Below are positions 46,001 through 58,450 of a stretch of DNA of 64,000 nucleotides, piece after piece (position 1 is the first letter of the stretch; each line of letters begins with the position of its first letter). A program made the translations under genes and the position numbers. The notes beneath the pieces are model-generated. The model was not told where the DNA came from and did not search any database. It saw only the letters and a list, made by a program, of their open reading frames with translations. This DNA is from Bugula neritina (Eukaryota > Animalia > Bryozoa), in contig OZ037772.1 in assembly GCA_964035545.1 (NCBI GenBank), forward strand, positions 12,274,818-12,338,817. Reading direction: 5' to 3'.

Positions 46001-49000
46001 TGCAAGTTATGACAACTCTAATATGTATTGCTTTTAATTTGTTTATATTTAGAATTGTTACAAATAACACAATAGAAAGTAAATTTATAACAACATTAAA
46101 GTCAATTTGTAATACTTTCAGGATGGCCTCAGTCCCGGGGAGGATAGTGGTGTAGATGTGAGAGTCAAAGCAGGCAGCACCAGCCAATCAGGCAGCAGCT
46201 ATACTGACACTATGTCAAGGTTACATTTGTTTCATAAAATTACACTTAGAGTTTGTGTTAATCCTGGGGATTGGCCTATTCATAGTGAATTAACCAATCA
46301 CAATTGCATAATATGAGACGAGCTTTATCATGTGCTTGTGCTCAATAAAATATTATACTTTATAAAATTAAGTTAGATTAGTTTTGCACATATTTAAACT
46401 AATTTAATATTTCATGAAGCTTCTTATAAAGTTCATCTCTTATGATGCACATTTCTATACACAGTATTAATTATATTTATTATATTATGTATTGCATTAT
46501 GTATATAGTATATCATGCATTATATATTATATTATGTATTATAAATATTATATATATTGTATTATGTATATTGTATTATGTATTGTGTATATTATATTAT
46601 GTATAATTATACTATATTATGCATTGTATAATATAATATGTATTATATTTATTGTATTTATCCAGGCCAATGATCTCTTCTCCACCAGCTCAAAGCAAAG
46701 ACCTCCCGGACACTACAGACTCTGATGAGTCATCTATAGAGGCTGTGAAGCAGCAATACCGACACTCTTACTCAATGTCAGGTGAGAAGTCGTCTTCTCT
46801 TGTCTGCTAGTCCATCATCCAGTTGAGTTGTTCTCTCTTGCATACAAGTAATATTATATGGAATTCTCAGGTTCAGCCAATTTGGACTCAGAAGACGAAC
46901 ACATACCAGGACTACACAGTGACCTAGATATCTCAGATCAAGGCAATGTTGTCCTCGTCAACTCTAAGGATGTTGGGACTTTACCCAGACGCCCCGCAAC
47001 TGTTAGTAGTGCTATGCTATTCTCTGTATCTAATCTATTTACAACAATTCCAATATATATCACTATTCACTGTTTAAGTAGCATATGTGTGCGTGTGTGT
47101 ATGTGGTGTGTGTGTACTGCGTGCGTTGCCAGTATGTTATGTGAGAGAAGGAAACAACTGTTATACTGGATGAAAGTAAAGTAGAGTTTATTTAATCCAA
47201 TCCATCACCAGCTGGGCACCTTCTTCACCAAAATGGAGTATTGTGTGTTCTGCATTCTTATTGGCTATTTAGAGAAAGGAATCCAACACGCCGGCCACAC
47301 CCACTTTCAGAGAGCAGGTCAAGAACAGGTCTCGACTGTCCGGCAAGATGTATCTCCCGCCTTCTCCTGTTTCTACCTCCCAGAAACAAGAGGTTTGTGG
47401 CTATTCCCTTACAGGAAGTAATGCTGAAGCTTTACGGCTGCATTAGCTTTTACACACACTTTGAGCTTGTTTCTGAACACAAGGTATATATTTAATGTTA
47501 AATTGAAATCGCAGAGTTCAGCATTTCACTTTGGACTTTCTCTACTGCTTATTTTCTTCAGTTGTCATTTTGAATTAAGCTGTAAAAGTGATCACATGTG
47601 TACAAGTAACAGGGCACCTGCTTGTGTCTATTTACAATAAGACTAAGAAGTCACATGACATCACTTGCTCTGATATGTCACATGACCTGCTGTAATATCT
47701 CACATCACCTGCTCTGATATGACACATCACTTGCTCTGATATGACACATGACATGCTGTAGATCCCTCTTAGTGACACAGACTACGATACTCTGGACATC
47801 CTAAACATCAGCAAAGAGCTCTACGCAACTGCGCTGTCGGATGAAAGAGAGGCTGAGAAACTTGACCCAGAGTCTTGGGCGTCTCTACCCCCTCCCCCGC
47901 CTCAACTTCTGTCATCTAACACCTCTACTCTAGAGAGCAAAGGCTATGCTCAGTCGTCCAATCATGTTGCAGAAGTTAGCCACTATGCCAGCATAGGACA
48001 ACTCCGGGAAGAGGAGAAGTCAGTTTATTAACTACAAAATACAGCATACTCCCTATTACGTGTAGTAGTGATATTATAGGGTGTTTACTCAAATCCATTC
48101 TAGCAGCAATTGATGCCTTACATCCAATGCACGGTTTCTAAAACTCTGAAATTTATTACACCATATGATTGGCTATTAAAATATCTAACAAATACTCTAT
48201 GTTCTGGCAGAGTAAAGGGCAAAGGTCAATCTGGTGAAACAGCTGTTGCTGATGCTGAGTTAGATGACCAGGCAGCTTGCCCACATCCTGCTGTCCTACA
48301 GGGGAGGTGAGTTGTCTTCTCTCTTGTTGCAACTATGTGATAGCTCCTCCCACTTACTGTTATTATATGATAGCTCCTCCCACTTACTGTTATTATATGA
48401 TAGCTCCTCCCACTTATTGTTACTATATGGTTGCTCCTCCCACTTACTGTTACTCTGTGATATCTCCTCACACTGATTTAACTGTATAAACTAGTATCTG
48501 CTCCATACCCATTAGTAGTGTTCCTCAATGCCTAGAAATAAATACAAGAGAATATAAGCAACACAAGAGACAACAAGACAGTGGTGTGTCTATAAATAGC
48601 ACGAGGGACACACTGATGTCTATAAATAGCACGAGGGACACACTGATGTCTCTGTCAACAAATGTAGTCACATCTGAGTATAGATTATCATCAGTTATCT
48701 TTTGACTCCACCTGCAGGTCCCCCCAAGCGGAGAAGAAAAGCCCCCGAGTCAAGTCTGACACCAACATCTATGCTGTCGTCAAAAAACACTCCCCGAGGC
48801 CGCTGAGGCCATCTATGAGCTTTGAGCCACCAAACAGTGACAGTGATAGCTCACCCTCATCTCCTGCAGCTCCGGATATACCCGCTAAACTAGATGACAC
48901 CACTACGGTGAGAAGGTTACAGGTGTTTGTTGTAACAGATGAATGCTTTGTTTATATTTTTATTTGGCACAGTTTTTCTCATCAAATTTTATTTCCAGGT

Positions 49001-50156
49001 TTTTGAATGGTTAGTATATGATATATTAACCAATGAGATTCATTATAACAGAGTAGTGTGTTGAGTAGCCCAATGCTGTCTCTCTGCTGTTCTGTATGCT
49101 GACATGACACTTTGTAGCAATCTGCAGACGTTACGTCACAGGAGGAAGTTGTGAGAATAAATAAACTCAGGTCCACACTTGGTCTGGCGATTGAAGGTGG
49201 GGCGGGTACTAAGCAGCCCATCCCTAGAATAATTAGCATTCAGGAAACAGGGTGTGCTCACAACTCCGAGCTGAAGATTGGTCACCTGATTCTAAGAGTG
49301 AATGACAGGTAGGAGACAATTCCTTATAAGTTCTTAATAGTTCCGCTGGTGGTTTCAAGTTATAATAGTTTTCCTGAAAGTAGCGCAGCTGGTAGAGGTG
49401 TGACAACTTCTAACAGTCAGGTCTACCATTGTGTAGTTTACTATTTCCAAAGCCCGCTTCACCTGCATATATGAGCATGGAAAAGGATCTTAAATGGGGA
49501 TGAAAAGTAGAAAATTGAAGTAAATTGTAACAGTAGATATTGTTTTAAGGCTGTTATTCAAAACAACTTTGTCTTCCTATATTAGATGGTGTATTTCTAC
49601 TTCATATTGAGTTTATTATGCTCACGGAAGTTTATAGTCGCTATCCCTGTGAGAAACCCCTGATGGAAGGGTTTTTGTTAAAGCGGACTAAATACTTGTT
49701 TAGATAAGGCACAGGAGCAATTATGACTGGATGCTCTTCCTAACATCACCAATGGCCTTTGTCCGGGCTCTAACCCTTGACCTGTGTTTACTAGGCTATA
49801 ACCCCTAGACCAGCTGCTCCCTCTATTGGGTCTATTATAATACATTATATTATATTCTAATTAAAATGTTGGATATCAAAATAGTTTTGATAAATAAGTT
49901 GTGTGTTGAACAGTAACCATCAGTCCACCCTGGTCTGTCCTACTGTACTTTCTGTTGAGACACAATGGTTGTCTTGTTTTGGCCTCAATTTTCATCTGTC
50001 ATCCTTAGTTTAGTCTACAGATAGTCTTTTCACTCTCCTTTTAGATATATGGAGGGTCTGTCTCACAACCAGGCTGCCAGAGCTATAGCTGATGCTTTCA
50101 GGGACAGAAAAACAGCCTATTTAGACTTTCTGGTGAAACTCTCTACAGATTCCTAG
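37059..50156 (+). CDS. WHRN: Whirlin-like scaffold (HHD1-PDZ1-PDZ2-HHD2-low complexity-PDZ3), ~25 exons
   Basis: Exons 37059-37134, 37613-37818, 38165-38396, 38881-38967, 39244-39427, 39794-39935, 40230-40383, 40596-40723, 40902-41057, 41740-41772, 42564-42699, 42884-42981, 43483-43578, 44716-44907, 45251-45406, 45800-45847, 46122-46219, 46666-46781, 46871-47001, 47273-47392, 47762-48018, 48211-48306, 48718-48907(or 48922), 49118-49308, 50045-50156, phases chain without a stop. Whirlin-type motifs SRNVKRLQEA..LNTPAKQLLVPMIRLV, YTWVDTDGRSCSPP, GLGLSIRGGSEYGLGIYITGVD, EEQARNLL..YLDEY..VSVEALV, TLGLAIEGGAGTKQPIPRII..AARAIADAF..YLDFLV. Linker exons less certain. Confidence 0.9.
41045..41283 (+). 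repeat. 29/33-bp minisatellite ~7 copies starting at the whirlin exon 9 donor
   Basis: Real junction aatatcaacag|gtgtgttagtagttacagtc vs units gactatcagtagatgagtcagtagttacagtc and gtattagtgagtcagtagttacagtc. Confidence 0.85.
43810..44426. repeat. 31-bp minisatellite ~20 copies, very homogeneous, mid-intron
   Basis: ggtactggttgtatagtgtagcggttatggt. Confidence 0.95.
46462..46660. repeat. Degenerate AT-rich simple repeat before whirlin exon 18 acceptor
   Basis: tattatg/tattgta-type units. Confidence 0.65.
47650..47764 (+). repeat. 22-bp tandem repeat x5 ending in the whirlin exon 21 acceptor
   Basis: cacatcacttgctctgatatga units; last unit cacatgacatgctgtag|ATC. Confidence 0.8.
48307..48475 (+). 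repeat. 30-bp tandem repeat ~5.5 copies beginning at the whirlin exon 22 donor
   Basis: First 30 intron nt gtgagttgtcttctctcttgttgcaactat match next unit gtgatagctcctcccacttactgttattat at 18/30; later units near-identical to each other. Confidence 0.8.
48587..48651. repeat. 30-bp perfect duplication
   Basis: tgtctataaatagcacgagggacacactga x2. Confidence 0.85.
49621..49820 (-). mobile_element. tRNA-headed SINE copy in last whirlin intron
   Basis: Minus strand begins ggagcagctggtctaggggtta (A-box like) ...gggttagagccc (B-box like), then ttggtgatgttaggaagagcatccagtcataattgctcctgtgcc; collinear with 53473-53658. Confidence 0.75.
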
Positions 50157-50889
50157 AGAAGTCCAACTCTTGCTGAGTAACAGAGAAACCAACCTGAGTA
50201 TCAGAGAGTAGAAAGACTTTGTTGTCTAATAGACATTCCCAACTGAATTGCTGGTATATAGACAATAACTAGTGGGATAAGCATTTTCAATCGAATTGAT
50301 AGCATATAATCAGTAACAGTGGTTTATAGAAGTGGAAATATTCTCACCAATATATGACAACATGTTAACGTAGTGTTTGATTCTGTTTTTAGTTGTATAC
50401 ATGTAGGACCTTCATATTAATTTTCCAGATTTCATTAATTTATTTCAGTATTCGGGTGTTTTATTTTCCGTTTTAGTCGTGTTATTTTTCTCTGCTCTTG
50501 ATTGTAGGAGTTGTCACCCTTTTGTTTTACTGCTGTCGGAGTTCCTAAGGCTATCATTTACTGTCCGTCCACCTTTTTACTTTTTATACTGTGCATTACA
50601 ATTTTTCTTACAATTAATAAATTCATAATGCAGCCAATAAAACAATAATTATTATCTGTATGAATAGAAAACAATTCTATAACAATAGAGAGGGTGAGGG
50701 AGAGGCCCACCCGCAAGAGATCTAAAAATATACAAGGAACTCTGTAGCATATGTTGAGACGCTCAAAAGTAATGCAGTAGTACACAGCTGTAACATAGCT
50801 GTTCACCTTGTACTGTGACCTCACATATCTACCATATAACTGTTTACTCACTCCCAATACGTATACAGTGTTGTAGCAACATTCTCTTA

Positions 50890-51232
50890 GCCTAGGGCCA
50901 CACGGCGCGTATTTTCACATGCGAAAACTGAAATCACAAGTAGCAAAGGTGTCCACTGTGCGCGTTGAGAAAACCTTCGCACTTGCCGCTCTGCATTTTC
51001 AACGCAAGTTCGAATCGTCTCTGTCGTCGTCACCTAATTGGCTGGTAGCTATTCAGCGAGCCCAATTTCGTTATTTAGTGCTATATTCCAGTAAATTGCG
51101 TTTTATTGAAAGCGAGTGCGATTTAAAAATGAAAGCTTTATTTATCACGCATCACTGACGCTACAGTGGACACCTTTGCTACTTGTGATTTTAATTTTCG
51201 CATGTGAAAATACGCACAGTGTGGCCCTAGGC
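50890..51232. mobile_element. MITE, PIF/Harbinger (Tourist)-like, 343 bp
   Basis: ~65-bp terminal inverted repeats (gcctagggccacac...ggtgtccactgt / acagtggacacc...gtgtggccctaggc) flanked by a TTA direct repeat at 50887-50889 and 51233-51235; 3-bp TWA TSD is typical of PIF/Harbinger. Confidence 0.9.
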
Positions 51233-51432
51233 TTATAGCTCATCTACATGCCCTAGCAGGCCTAGCTTGTCACTGCGCTTGTAGTTGTTGGCATATGTTG
51301 CCATGTAGTGCAATGGTTCTTTCTGATACCATTATTGCATTACACGTATACTGCACAACGCCTACATTGAATAGGAATGATTAATAGCTATTTCTGTCTA
51401 GTTACAACACTGTTTTATTGTTAGCTAGTGCA

Positions 51433-54400
51433 ATGGCCGAGGCTACAGGTGAGCAGGTAGCGTGTGGATTCTGTGTAACCAGACTAGAAGATCTAGAAGA
51501 ATCCAGATATCTACCCTGTACTCATGTACACTGTTTAAAATGTCTGCTGGAGAACTTTGAAGTCAATAAGATAGTGAGATGTCCCTTCTGCAGGTATCAC
51601 CTACTTTTAGATATTCTCAGTTTGAGTTCTACTATATTATGTGTTATATTCTCTACTGAGATGTCCCTACTGCAGTCAGCACATTATTTTATCAGCTGGT
51701 CAGTAGCCTTGGCATTGTTTGGCATCTGAAATAGGCTGCCTTTCAGTTTCATTCTTGTGAAGAGTGTGCTCGGTTCTCTCGTTGCACAACTCTCTTTCAA
51801 CTTTATTGAAAACATAAAATTATAAAAAATGGCCTAATATATATTAGTTTTAGTATTAATTATTATGAACTGTATCTGGTGGTTTGCAATCTAAACCTTT
51901 GAGCGTTTATGTTTAGAGAAGTGTTTGACGTAGAGCTAGAGGGTCTTCCTACCTCAGACATCAAAGAGCCACCTCTATGCTGTGATAGTTGTACGAGGAA
52001 AGGAGTGGATAATCAGCTAGCTGTTGTTTACTGTACAACTTGTTCTGCTAAGCTGTGTGCTAAACACAGAGAGGTATGCTGTAGTGTCTTCTACATGATT
52101 TGTTGTGAAATAAAGTCCTAGTGATATGAAACTCTTGACATGCTTATATATGCTTCATATTCTCATGGTACTTGGAAATGTGTAGGTTTATGTAGCTTCA
52201 TGCAATTAATACAACTTTGCCATATAATATTCTTCAACATCTATGAAAGAAGTTTTGTTATCCTTCACAGTTCCATGATGAGGTGGTGGAAGGCCACCCT
52301 ATAATTGCTATAAGTGAATATAGAACCAATGCTAGAAAGTTCAGACCCAGACTATGTGCTGACCATACAGAGCTGGAGTACACTCTAGGCTGCAAGAAGT
52401 GTTTGACCTTGGCTTGTACAAGATGTCTGAGCTCTCTGGAGAATTGCTCAGATGGTATGAAACATTTCGCTTTGTACTTTGTACCGCAAAAATTATGATT
52501 TCTTTGTTTAGAGTCAGTCATGCTTTTTCAGTACTTTCTAAGAGAATAAATCACAGCTTAGTAGTAAAATGGTTTCTAGTCATATTATAAATTTATGTTC
52601 AATTATTTTAAAAAAATTGGTTGGTATTTTTTTGAAGAGTTTCAAATAAATGATCAAAAGCTTTCCCTTTTACAACCTCCATTTTAAGAGAGAGTTTAAA
52701 CTCAGTTGTTGCTCTTCTGTTAACAGGGTCCGGGCACAGACTGCTCTCCCTCGATGAGTTGTTGACTAAACTAATAGGAAACATGGCTCAGCTAAGATCA
52801 GACATGTTGGATAGAGAAGATTAGCTCTCAGATCTGTTTAAACATGTTCATGTGATAATATCAGACTTTGATGATAAAACAAAAGACATGATAGATACGC
52901 TACACCGATCACGTGATGAACAGGTAATTGTATCAAAAATTAGTATTTGGTTATAATATTTAAGTTATAGCAAATAGTAGGGGCTAAAATTGCCAAGGCG
53001 AGAAATAGCGAGAAACGGTGAGAAATGGTGAGAAATGTTGTCTGCTTTTGTATAAAGCATGTACTTTTTCATCTTATACAACAATAATTTTCAAGGTCCA
53101 GCTTTTCGACTTTTGTCAGCTACTTTATGTACTGTATGAATGATATTTCAGAGAGAGCTCAAACAGGCTGCACGCCACAACCACCTTCTTTTCAAATTAT
53201 AACATGTTGAAAACACAACCCCTTTCTACATAAATTTATACACCACTGACCCATAGATTCAGAGCATTCAACTCAAGTACAAGAAGTTGGAAGAAGATTT
53301 GCTTAAGGTGAGAAAAACGACCAAATCACAGTTGGAGAAATTCACTGAACAAGATGTCGGAGTGAAGTTATATGAAATCAACAGACTCAGACTTCAGATG
53401 GAGGCTAGACTTAAGCACAGTCACCAGGTTTGTAGTGTGAAATATTTACCTCCCAGAACTTAGCTGTTATCTGAGCAGCCGTGGTCTAGGGGTTAGAGCG
53501 TTGTCTTGGTAAACACAGTGTCACCGGTTGGAACCCCAGTAAAAATCATTTGTTCATAATTGCTTCTGTGCCACATATAAATAAATCTTCAACTCGCTTT
53601 AAAAAAATCTTTCCATCGGGGTTCCTACAGAGATAGTGACTATAAACTGGTGTGAGAACATAGCTATCAACACTGCTTGCTTTGTCTTATCAGATTTGCA
53701 GAATACCTGCAATGTAATATAGATAAATTGATATAAGTTACACTATTCATATGATAAACTTATATTATGTAAATCTGTAGGTTGACATCATATCCCGACA
53801 TGAGAAGACAACTCAAGAAATTAAGAAAATTATGTCAGAGGACCTTTGGGAGTTGAAAATACCTGAACAGGTTACGCTACAAGTCACAGGTTGTAACACC
53901 ACTACCACAATTATTATAATTATAAAGGGTTTTACTTTTTCAACGCATTCTTTGTATCTGCACATTATGCTTTGTTTTATTTAAATTTTTTCAATTTGTT
54001 ATCAGAAATATTTTTGCTTTTTATTATAGATCTATGATTATGTAATTTTTTTAATTCATCTTAACCGCCATTAGAGATTTCATATTTTCTACAGAAAAGA
54101 AAAGAGACATTGAAGTGAAAGCAATCGTCTTGGAGCCCAGATTTATTGACTTGAAACACACGCTAAAGACTTCTGAGAGCTGTGCCTCCGTCTGCAGTGA
54201 TCAGGGAAAATCATATTACATGGCGTTGGGTAATTACGTAAATGTGTTGGATAGGAATAAGGAAGGCAGCAAGAGATTTGCGGAGTTTGCTGGCATAGTG
54301 CACAGTGTGGTCGCGTACAAGGACAGAGTGTATACTTTAGCATATGATAAATCTGACACAGGCTACACGGTAACAGTGCATGACCTTTCAGGAACACTTG

Positions 54401-55015
54401 TCACTAGCTGGATTCATCATGATGTTAAAGGTCACTGTAAGAAGCTAGCAGTCTGTGATGATCAGGTGATTGTACCCGACAGAGAGCATAAGAGACTCAC
54501 AGTCTTCTCTCTGACGGGAAGGAGAAACAAAAGTATACCATGTCCCCTGATTAGTGAGCATAAGGTGTCAATGTGTGGCACAGGTAACCGTTCTATTATC
54601 GTGTCTGACTGTCAAACTTCTAAAGTATTCAAGATGAATATTTCAAGTGGAGAAGTTGAATGGACATCTGAGCACGTAGCAAACCCTCAAGGCGTGGCTT
54701 ACCACAGAGGGAGGGTGTTTGTAACTAGCCGTGGTACCACAACCAGAGTCTGGATACTGGATGTGTATACAGGTTAGTTGAAAGCAATATATAGCAGCCT
54801 ATACGTACATGCGTACATATATTTGTATATATTATATGTTTATAAATTATATGTATATACAAATATGGATTGATTTTTTAGGGGAACTGCTGACAGAGAT
54901 GTCAGATGCTGCCGTACAAGGTGAATCTTCCATATTTGACCTCCATGTGACTGGAAATACTCTGATGGTGCCAAGATTTGAAGAAAAGTCAATTTTGTTT
55001 TACTCAATATGCTGA
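51433..55015 (+). CDS. TRIM-like RING-B-box-B-box-coiled coil-beta-propeller (NHL-like) protein, 8 exons, interrupted by one in-frame TAG (possible null allele/pseudogene)
   Basis: Exons 51433-51593, 51917-52073, 52271-52454, 52727-52923, 53257-53427, 53781-53889, 54095-54772, 54882-55015. RING CGFC..LPCTHVHCLKCL..VRCPFCR; B-box1 CDSC..YCTTCSAKLCAKHREFH; B-box2 CADH..GCKKCLTLACTRC..GH; C-terminal strand-rich repeats (IIVSDC, NPQGVA). TAG at 52822-52824 (codon 200). Confidence 0.85.
53473..53658 (+). mobile_element. tRNA-headed SINE copy in TRIM intron
   Basis: gagcagccgtggtctaggggttagagcg (A box) ... ccggttggaacccc (B box); body matches 49621-49820 in reverse, with the central aggaag.gcatcc core deleted. 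Confidence 0.78.
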
Positions 55016-55039
55016 ATGTGCTACCAATGCCTACCATAG

Positions 55040-55300
55040 TATATACTGTGTATGTTATTATATATATTACTATGTTAGCATATATAATACTATGTTAGCA
55101 TATATATTACTATGCTATCATATATAATACTATATTATCATATATAATACTATGTTATCATATATAATACTATGTTATCATATATAACACTATGTTATCA
55201 TATATAATACTATGTTATCATATATATTACTATGTTATCATATATAACACTATGTTATCATATATAATACTATGTTATCATATATATTACTATTTCATTA
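55040..55300. repeat. 20-bp minisatellite (tatataatactatgttatca) ~12 copies just after the TRIM stop codon
   Basis: Direct reading. Confidence 0.9.
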
Positions 55301-55635
55301 TAGAATATGTTACTATGTTGTCGTATATTTTTAGTATACAATATATATTATACTCTATAGTCTATATTATTCAAAAGAAATATAACATTGCCAATCAATT
55401 TCTAAGCATTCCTTCTATTGTATGAATTGTTCACCTCTTGCTTTCCTTTAGTGAGGTTGTTCAAGAGTTTTTCACATGCTCAAATTTTTCAAATTGTTCA
55501 ACATCTCCATTTATAGTTTTATTTAATGTTCTTGATTTTTCAATAAAACTTTGAAAACTAATCATTCTAGTGCCAATAACAACTTGAGAGTTATACTCTG
55601 TAACTGTGAATTTGCAGAGAAAATACTATTGCAGT

Positions 55636-56081
55636 ATTACTATAGCTACTAACTAACCACTACTAGCTACTAACTAACTATATAACTACTAACTAACTAT
55701 ATAACTACCAACCACTACTAGCTACTATAACTATAACTACTACCAACCACTACTAGCTACTAACTAACTATAACTACTACCAACCACTACTATAGCTACT
55801 AACTAACTACTACTAGCTACTATAACTAACTATAACTACTACCAACTACTACTAGCTACTAACTAACTACTACTACCAACCACTTTTAGCTACTAACTAA
55901 CTACTACTACCAATCACTACTAGCTACTATAACTAACTACTACTACCAACCACTACTAGCTACTATAACTAACTATAACTACTACCAACCACTACTAGCT
56001 ACTAACTAACTACTACTACCAATCACTACTAGCTACTATAACTATAACTACTACCAACCACTACTTATATAGCTACTATAG
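55636..56081. repeat. Complex (ACT)-based minisatellite
   Basis: actactagctactaactaactataactactaccaacc-type units. Confidence 0.9.
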
Positions 56082-56944
56082 CGCTGTATAAAGAGTAAGA
56101 GTAAGTTTCTGGTAAAGTCTACTCAGTAAATTGCTGAGATTTTCAAAGAAAACATAATGTAAATAATTATTGCATATTTTTAACAAAGTGGTTGAGAGAA
56201 ATATATACAAGCCAGTCTAAACCATTAAACAAGTTATATTATAGGTATATAGTGCATAACTGTGTGTTCTTGATAACATTAGACAATTGTGAAAATGAAA
56301 AAATTGAGAAAATGCATCTTTTGTGAATTCTAGAAGATAGCTTTTCTCTGCTTTGCCCAAACAATCATTCAACAAGCTGTGCTTTTTGTAAGCATTTAGC
56401 ATGCAGTGAACTTCGAGACTGTAAAGTTACAACTACTACCGCTACCAGTAATCTGGGGGATATAAAAGCTAGACTTCAGTTCTCAATCTCATCCGTTTAA
56501 TTTCTCTCAGGTGTCTAACCTCTGCTGCCTCTACATAATATATTGTGACATTCTTGTTACAATATAACAATAAAAGTGAGTGTGCTATGATATAATATTG
56601 TTATTAGCATATATTATAATATATAATAATTATATATTATAATATATTATAATATATAATTATAATGAATTATATTATATGTACTTTAATATTCGAGCTT
56701 GTTGTTGTGGTTAAGTAGCAGTATATTAGATTGCATTGTTATAATATATTGTAAGAAATGAGTGTGTTGGAAAGAGTAAGAAGTAACATAGTATATATTC
56801 TAGTGCCATAATATGAAATATTCTTTCTTTATCTCCTCCCATTATAAAACTGCTTTATTAGCCTATAATTCTGGTCTCTGTATGTGTCTAAGGTCAAAGG
56901 GGCTGTTGCTATGCCCAACTAACTTTAAGTTATTCTTTAGCAAA

Positions 56945-57869
56945 ATGGCGGAGACTGCAAAGAATGACGAATATTGCGGGTTCTGTCAATCTAATCTTGC
57001 CGGTTCGGAAGACATGAGAACTCTAAGCTGTTCCCACTCGCACTGCCTAGGGTGTATACTCCGTAACGTAGAGAAGGATGGGGTGATGAGGTGCCCCATA
57101 TGCAGGTATATTTACACTCGCAGAATTCAGACTATTTCAACACTTGGCAGAGTTTATTGCATTACTTGAGGATGAAACTAGTTGCTATTATTTGGGAAAA
57201 TATATGCAATCATCTGACAGCCCAAAGACTATAGAATTAAATCAGGGGAATTCTAAATAAAAAAGGGTATAATTCAAGTGTCAATGTGGTAACCAACTGA
57301 AACTAGTTAGTGGTTAGTAAGTTAATAGTAAGCCACATGGTGTATCTCTGCGCCACGTCACGTGTCACGTGTCTCGTGTCACATGTCACATGTCTACTTC
57401 TTTGGTTAGAGAGTCCACATTTGACGTAGAAGTACACAGTCTGCCTTCCTCTAAACCTCCAGATGCCTCTCTGATAAGCTGCAATATCTGCCTCAAAGAT
57501 AAACTAAAGTTCCAACCGGCTACGGTTTACTGTAAGCAGTGTGAAGTTAGGCTGTGTGCTGAACATTTGAAGGTGAGATTCCTGTTTATAGTAGATATTA
57601 CCAGAGTTGTCTTGCTGTGTGTGAACAGATGGTTGGAATTATTCTAAGACTTTATTTGTTGTTTGTTTGCTTGAATGATTTAATCAAAATATTACTTATA
57701 TTTATTTTAAAAAAATAATATAAATAAAAAATCACAAGTAAGCTTGCAATCTGGCTGATTATTATTTTAACTTTAATATTTATATATTCTAGTTTCATGA
57801 TGAGGAGCATCACGACCACCCTGTAGTCTCCATACCCCACTATAGACCTGAGGCTAGAAGTATGACTAA
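56945..57869 (+). pseudogene. Second TRIM-like paralogue: RING + B-box1 only, apparently truncated
   Basis: Exons 56945-57105 (161 nt, same as paralogue 1), 57410-57572, and 57793-~57869 (FHDEEHHDHPVVSIPHYRPEAR, aligns to FHDEVVEGHPIIAISEYRTNAR). No B-box2, coiled-coil or propeller exons found downstream. Confidence 0.7.
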
Positions 57870-57889
57870 GTATGTTTTCTTTATTATTC

Positions 57890-58450
57890 ATATATATACT
57901 GTGTATGTTATCATATATACTGTGTATATTATCATATATACTGTGTATGTTATCATATATACTGTGTATGTTATCATATATACTGTGTATGTTATCATAT
58001 ATACTGTGTATGTTATTATATATACTGTGTATGTTATCATATATACTGTGTATGTTATCATATATACTGTGTATGTTATCATATATACTGTGTATATTAT
58101 CATATATACTATGTATGTTATCATATATACTCTGTATGTTATCATATATATACTGTGTATGTTATCATATATACTGTGTATACTATCATATATACTGAGT
58201 ATGTTATCACATATATACTGCATATGTTATCATATATACTGTATATTATCATATATACTGTGTATATTATCATATATACTGTGTATGTTATCATATATAC
58301 TGTATGTTATCATATATAATGTGTATGTTATCATATATACTGTGTATGTTATCATATATACTGTGTATGTTATCATAATATATACTGTGTATGTCATCTT
58401 ATATAATAGATACATACGTTATCACATATACTGCATATGTTAGCGTATAT
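57890..58450. repeat. 21-bp minisatellite (atatatactgtgtatgttatc) ~26 copies
   Basis: Direct reading; source of the YTVYVII pseudo-ORFs. Confidence 0.92.

Noticed and set aside
52758-52824. Mini-intron removing the TRIM TAG (TAG as acceptor)
   Set aside because: Available upstream GTs are phase 2 and lead to a frameshift and TGA.
53473-53545. Functional tRNA gene
   Set aside because: A/B boxes present but continues into a SINE body shared with other copies; no clean acceptor stem.
57862-58443. 193-aa hydrophobic ORF as membrane tail of TRIM paralogue 2
   Set aside because: In frame with exon 3 but is pure 21-bp minisatellite translation; a good donor precedes it.
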